From Elusimicrobiota bacterium (GTDB taxonomy: Bacteria; Elusimicrobiota; Elusimicrobia; UBA1565; UBA9628), in contig DAHVNA010000036.1 of assembly GCA_027319565.1 (NCBI GenBank), positions 1 through 19,781 on the forward strand: DNA of 19,781 nucleotides, given 5' to 3'. The translations under genes and the position numbers were made by a program. Shown here one piece after another: positions 16,032-19,781 of the stretch. The stretch's first letter is position 1. Each line of letters begins with the position of its first letter. The notes beneath the pieces are model-generated. The model saw only the letters and a list, made by a program, of their open reading frames with translations. It had not been told where the DNA came from and ran no database searches.

Positions 16032-17397
16032 CATTGATGAGACGCAATAATTCCCGGTTGGCCGGGGCCAGATCCACCGGCTTATTTTTATATGCGCGCA
16101 GAATCTCTTTGACATCGTGGATTAAAAGCGCATTGGGCGCTCCGCTCAATTTAAGTTTTTGATATGCGTTCCAATCTTTCGTAAATTTATCTTGTTCGGT
16201 CATTTTGGCCGCGCGGGCGCGGGCTTCTTTTAGGAGTTTGGCCTGTCGGGCCTCTTCTTGGAGACGTCCCTCAAGAGATTCGAGCTTCGTCTTAGCCTCC
16301 TTTTCAGAGAGGGTTTTATCCGCCAACTGTGATTTAAGCGCGTCCATTTCTTGTTTCAGGTTTTTGAGTTCATCCTCCAATTGCCATTGGTGGATTTGAC
16401 TGCTTTGAAGGGCGGTCGAAAGTTTTTTTCGATAGGCGATTTCTTCTTTGAGTATGCGCTCAAATTCCGCTTGAGGGTCGGAGGCGCCAAAGCGGAAGCT
16501 GAGCGAAATCGCCTCGCTGGTTCCCGTCGCTCCCGAAAGCGGGACAAGAAGGGCATAATCGACTTCTGCCCCCATGATTCGCCAGCCAATGCCGGCGCTG
16601 AAACTCTTGTCCATGTTTCCCATATTGAGTCCGGCCCGAGCGGCGATAGAGCCGTGTTCGGCGGTGGGAAACCAGCGCTCCATTCCGAGAGCGGCGTAGT
16701 TCAGCGCGGGAATAAAAGCGGTCGCGTTTTGATGAACGGCGTCTACGTCGACGGTATATCCGGATAAAGATTCTGAAAAACCCGCGCGCAGAGTGGTGGG
16801 CGCTATATCGATTAAACCTTGTGGCGCGGAAAAGCGCGGTTCTCCCAGATTTAACGCGGAAAATCCAAAAGAATAGCGGTCCGCCCATTTGTAGAGGGCC
16901 CCAAAATCAATGGCGGCGCGCCCAATAGCGGAGCCGCCCTCGACGCTGCCGTTTAAATAGTCCAAGGATCCGCCTAAGTCCAGGGTTCCGTTTCCTGTGT
17001 CAAAGAGCCCGCGGCTTCCGTAGCCCATTTTAATTTCCCGGTTTGCCTCCGGAACAGATGAGTTTTGATCGTAAAGACCGGCAAAGCCAAAGGCGCCGTC
17101 AAGCCCCTCGGGCGCCGGGAGAATGGCGGAAGCGTCTCCAATTTGTTGCCCTACCGCGCCTGAGGGGGCATTTTTGAGATTGAGGTCGCTGGCCTCAATT
17201 TCGGGAATGCGGGTTTGGCCCAACGCGGCTGGGTTGTAAAAAAGGGCCGACTGATCATTGGGAATGGCGGTCATGGCGCCCCCCATCGCGGCCGAGCGGG
17301 CGTCGAAGAAAACGTCTTCAAAGGCGGCTTGAGAGGGAATGGCGGATAAGAAAAAAATAAGAGATCCCAAAAAGAGATTTAAATTCCTTCGCTTCAT
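16024..17397 (-). CDS. PorV/PorQ- or PorP/SprF-like outer-membrane barrel with a C-terminal coiled-coil/helical domain
   Basis: Signal peptide ending SQA; ARSAAMGGAMTAIPNDQSALFYNPAAL signature; DFGALY, ARAGL and VDYAL..ISLSFRF barrel end; then ~150 aa of charged heptad-rich helix. Confidence 0.82.
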   Translation of the reverse strand: MKRRNLNLFLGSLIFFLSAIPSQAAFEDVFFDARSAAMGGAMTAIPNDQSALFYNPAALGQTRIPEIEASDLNLKNAPSGAVGQQIGDASAILPAPEGLDGAFGFAGLYDQNSSVPEANREIKMGYGSRGLFDTGNGTLDLGGSLDYLNGSVEGGSAIGRAAIDFGALYKWADRYSFGFSALNLGEPRFSAPQGLIDIAPTTLRAGFSESLSGYTVDVDAVHQNATAFIPALNYAALGMERWFPTAEHGSIAARAGLNMGNMDKSFSAGIGWRIMGAEVDYALLVPLSGATGTSEAISLSFRFGASDPQAEFERILKEEIAYRKKLSTALQSSQIHQWQLEDELKNLKQEMDALKSQLADKTLSEKEAKTKLESLEGRLQEEARQAKLLKEARARAAKMTEQDKFTKDWNAYQKLKLSGAPNALLIHDVKEILRAYKNKPVDLAPANRELLRLINEK

Positions 17398-17430
17398 GCC
17401 TTAGGACTATGGCTGAAAAGTATTAGGATA

Positions 17431-19080
17431 TTATTTCAGAACTAAGTGATAATCTTCCGGATCTAAAACCGCCGCCCAGCGCGCATTCCAATCAGACATT
17501 GTGGGATCCGTTTGCGCGTCTAAGATAGAGTCTTGATAATGGGCGAAGGCCAATGATTTTCGGATATCGTGATCGTAACTGTGGGAATATTCCAGTTGGG
17601 CTTGCGGCCTTAAAGCAGTGAATGACCATAAATTCCTTTCTGATATCTTGCCGCCTGGGCTGGATCTGAGTTTTTGGATCAAGGCGTAGGGAAAAAGAGA
17701 ATCGCCAGCGTTGGGAATTTTTAGGGAGGAAAGTTCGGACAGGGAAATTCCCAACACGAAAGCGGGGCGGTCTTGAGAAACCCTGGAAAGCCATAGAGAG
17801 GGATTGAGATCGACATCGCTATGGATGAGGCGATTGGAAAGAGAGGGGTCGAGGGCTTCTTCGTATTTAAGCCCGAAGACGGCCGTATCTCCGCGGGCCA
17901 ATACCGCGCTTTGAGGCGGCAAAAGCCGAAATAGATTTTCGATGTAATCTTCAGATGAAAAGTCATCACGATGAGACAAACGCGGAAAATGGGCTTTAAA
18001 AGCCCAGAATGCCATGATCAGTGACAAAAAAACGCGCAAAGGCTTTGAAGAAATGAAAGAAAGACCTAAGGCCGCAAGGGCGCAGAGAAAAAAAGTCGCC
18101 GGTATAAAAACCGGTTCCAAAGCGCTTTGGGCGATCCAGTTAGAGACGTCCATTCGCGATAAAAAGAGAAAACCGAGTCCCGAGATGAGAAACCCGATGA
18201 GTAATGCGTCGGCGAGATTTTTATCTTGTCTCCTGAATAGCCCATAGCCGAAAAGAGACGCTAAAACTAAAGCGGGGGAAGAAGAAATCCAAATCTCTTT
18301 TGCGAAATAAAGGGACTCCTCAAAAATTAAATGCGGACTTAAAGGTCGGGACAGCCCCGAGAAAAGTTCAAGGGTTCCATATTGGGCGCGCAAAATCGCA
18401 TTGAGGGCGACGGAGACCGATTTGAGTTCGATAGGCATATAAAGATAAAGACCTAGCCCGAGAAAAAAGAAAATTCCAGCCCATATAAAAACCTGGCTTG
18501 AGACCTTCTTCTCAAAGGAGCCCTTAAGCCACAGATAAGCGAAAGCGGGCGCGGAAAAAACCAGGCTTTGATGATTGACAATTCCAATTCCCAAAACCAG
18601 GGCCGAGAGAATCAGGCGTTGAGGTCGGCTTTGGGGGCTTCCCCGCGACAAATAGAGGAGGAGCGCCAGAAAAAAGGCTTGGGCGGAGTACATCTCGGGC
18701 AATAAACTAAACTTCCATAAAGATCGGCTAAAAATAAAGGCGAGACTCAAGAAGGCGGCGGCAAGATCGTCAATACTTAAGCGCGCCCAAAGATAAAATA
18801 AGACTCCAGATCCCGCGCCCCAAAGCGCGGAGAGAAGATTGAGCCGATAGGCGAAATTTCCGAAAGGGAAAATCAAGGAAAAAAGATGTCCTGTCAGCGC
18901 GTAGAGAGGATATCCCGGCGGGTGGGCCGGATAGAGGGTCAAGGCGCTTTTAAGAAGATCGCAGCCGTCTCTGGGCGCGATGGCCGGATAGGCGCAATAG
19001 AGATACGCCGCAAACGCGGTCAGGAAAACAAAAGTTGGCGCGATGACGCGAGGAGACGCTTGAGAGTTGTCCACTGACAT
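17431..19080 (-). CDS. DUF2723/TMEM260-like multi-pass membrane glycosyltransferase (GT-C fold)
   Basis: AHPPGYPLY signature, AYRLNLLSA, PEMYS and NHQ motifs; about 11 hydrophobic segments and a soluble C-terminal domain beginning LPPQSAVLARGD. Confidence 0.82.
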   Translation of the reverse strand: MSVDNSQASPRVIAPTFVFLTAFAAYLYCAYPAIAPRDGCDLLKSALTLYPAHPPGYPLYALTGHLFSLIFPFGNFAYRLNLLSALWGAGSGVLFYLWARLSIDDLAAAFLSLAFIFSRSLWKFSLLPEMYSAQAFFLALLLYLSRGSPQSRPQRLILSALVLGIGIVNHQSLVFSAPAFAYLWLKGSFEKKVSSQVFIWAGIFFFLGLGLYLYMPIELKSVSVALNAILRAQYGTLELFSGLSRPLSPHLIFEESLYFAKEIWISSSPALVLASLFGYGLFRRQDKNLADALLIGFLISGLGFLFLSRMDVSNWIAQSALEPVFIPATFFLCALAALGLSFISSKPLRVFLSLIMAFWAFKAHFPRLSHRDDFSSEDYIENLFRLLPPQSAVLARGDTAVFGLKYEEALDPSLSNRLIHSDVDLNPSLWLSRVSQDRPAFVLGISLSELSSLKIPNAGDSLFPYALIQKLRSSPGGKISERNLWSFTALRPQAQLEYSHSYDHDIRKSLAFAHYQDSILDAQTDPTMSDWNARWAAVLDPEDYHLVLK

Positions 19081-19158
19081 ATACTACAATGAGTTGAAGA
19101 TAATTTCTAATTGTTTGCGTCACTCCGGAGCAGTTGCGGAGATTGTTTGTTTGAGTCT

Positions 19159-19781
19159 ATGGATTTCAATCTAAGCGAAGAACAAAAGCTGGTTCAAGAA
19201 ACCGCTCGAGATTTCGCGCGCAAGACTGTCCTGCCGAGGGCTTCTGAGATTGAAGAATCTAAAGCGGTCCCCAAGGATTTATGGCTAGAAATGGGAAGGC
19301 TTGGCCTTTTAGGGGTCGCGATTCCCAAGGAATACGGCGGGATAGAAGCGGGTTTTTTGGCTTCGGCGATCGTGATGGAGGAATTGTCTTACGCTTCGGC
19401 CGGTCTAACTCTCTCTTACGGCGCGCATTCTTTTCTCTGCGCGCATAATCTCTATTCTGCCTCAAGCGACGGGCAGAGAAAAAAATATCTGCCGAAACTT
19501 TGCTCCGGAGAATGGATCGGGGCTTTTGCCTTAACCGAGCCTGGTTCCGGTTCCGATGCCGCTTCGCTCCAGACAACCGCGGTTCTCAAGGGAAATGAGT
19601 ATATCCTCAATGGAACTAAAATTTTTATCACCAACGGCTCTGTCGCCGATGTAATTTTTCTTTTGGCGCGGGTTCGCCGCGGAAGCGGAAAAACTCGCCT
19701 GAGCGCGTTTATCATCGAAAAGGGCTTTCCAGGGTTTTCGGTCTCAAAAGACATACCCAAATTAGGAACACGGGGTTCTCC
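19159..19781 (+). CDS. Acyl-CoA dehydrogenase, isovaleryl-CoA dehydrogenase-like (5' part, runs off the window)
   Basis: Not in the ORF track. Manual translation gives MDFNLSEEQKLVQETARDFA..LGLLGVAIPKEYGG..EELSYASAGLTLSYGAHSFLC..GAFALTEPGSGSDAASL..LNGTKIFITNG..KLGTRGS, with no stop to the window end. Confidence 0.93.
   Translation, partial: MDFNLSEEQKLVQETARDFARKTVLPRASEIEESKAVPKDLWLEMGRLGLLGVAIPKEYGGIEAGFLASAIVMEELSYASAGLTLSYGAHSFLCAHNLYSASSDGQRKKYLPKLCSGEWIGAFALTEPGSGSDAASLQTTAVLKGNEYILNGTKIFITNGSVADVIFLLARVRRGSGKTRLSAFIIEKGFPGFSVSKDIPKLGTRGS

Noticed and set aside
19259..19760. Minus-strand ORFs 19259..19576 and 19452..19760
   Set aside because: They are shadows of the plus-strand acyl-CoA dehydrogenase starting at 19159, which the track missed because it has no stop in the window.

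Overview
A gene-dense window from a diderm bacterial chromosome, about 48-50% GC by eye. The gene style suggests Elusimicrobiota or a similar lineage, which is inference only. The left half is a combined nucleotide-biosynthesis cluster: pyrD (3' part), pyrF, a beta-barrel protein, an ankyrin lipoprotein, pyrE, three REP-like palindromes, purM and a purN-purH fusion, then a convergent orphan pilT. The right half is an envelope/secretion region. It holds an operon for a signal-peptide HEAT-repeat protein, a 1143-aa M4/M36-like zinc protease with a FlgD-Ig/T9SS-like C-terminal domain, and a PorV/PorQ-like barrel. These are followed by a subtilisin, a standalone SWIB gene with its own promoter and terminator, a second PorV-like barrel fused to a coiled coil, a DUF2723/TMEM260-like glycosyltransferase and the start of an acyl-CoA dehydrogenase. 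The best candidate for an under-described system is the HEAT + cargo + cognate barrel T9SS-like module. The first ~110 bp are 71% GC and encode on the minus strand a fragment resembling a phage Cas4-like exonuclease, joined abruptly into pyrD. No rRNA, tRNA, CRISPR array, integrase or transposase was seen.
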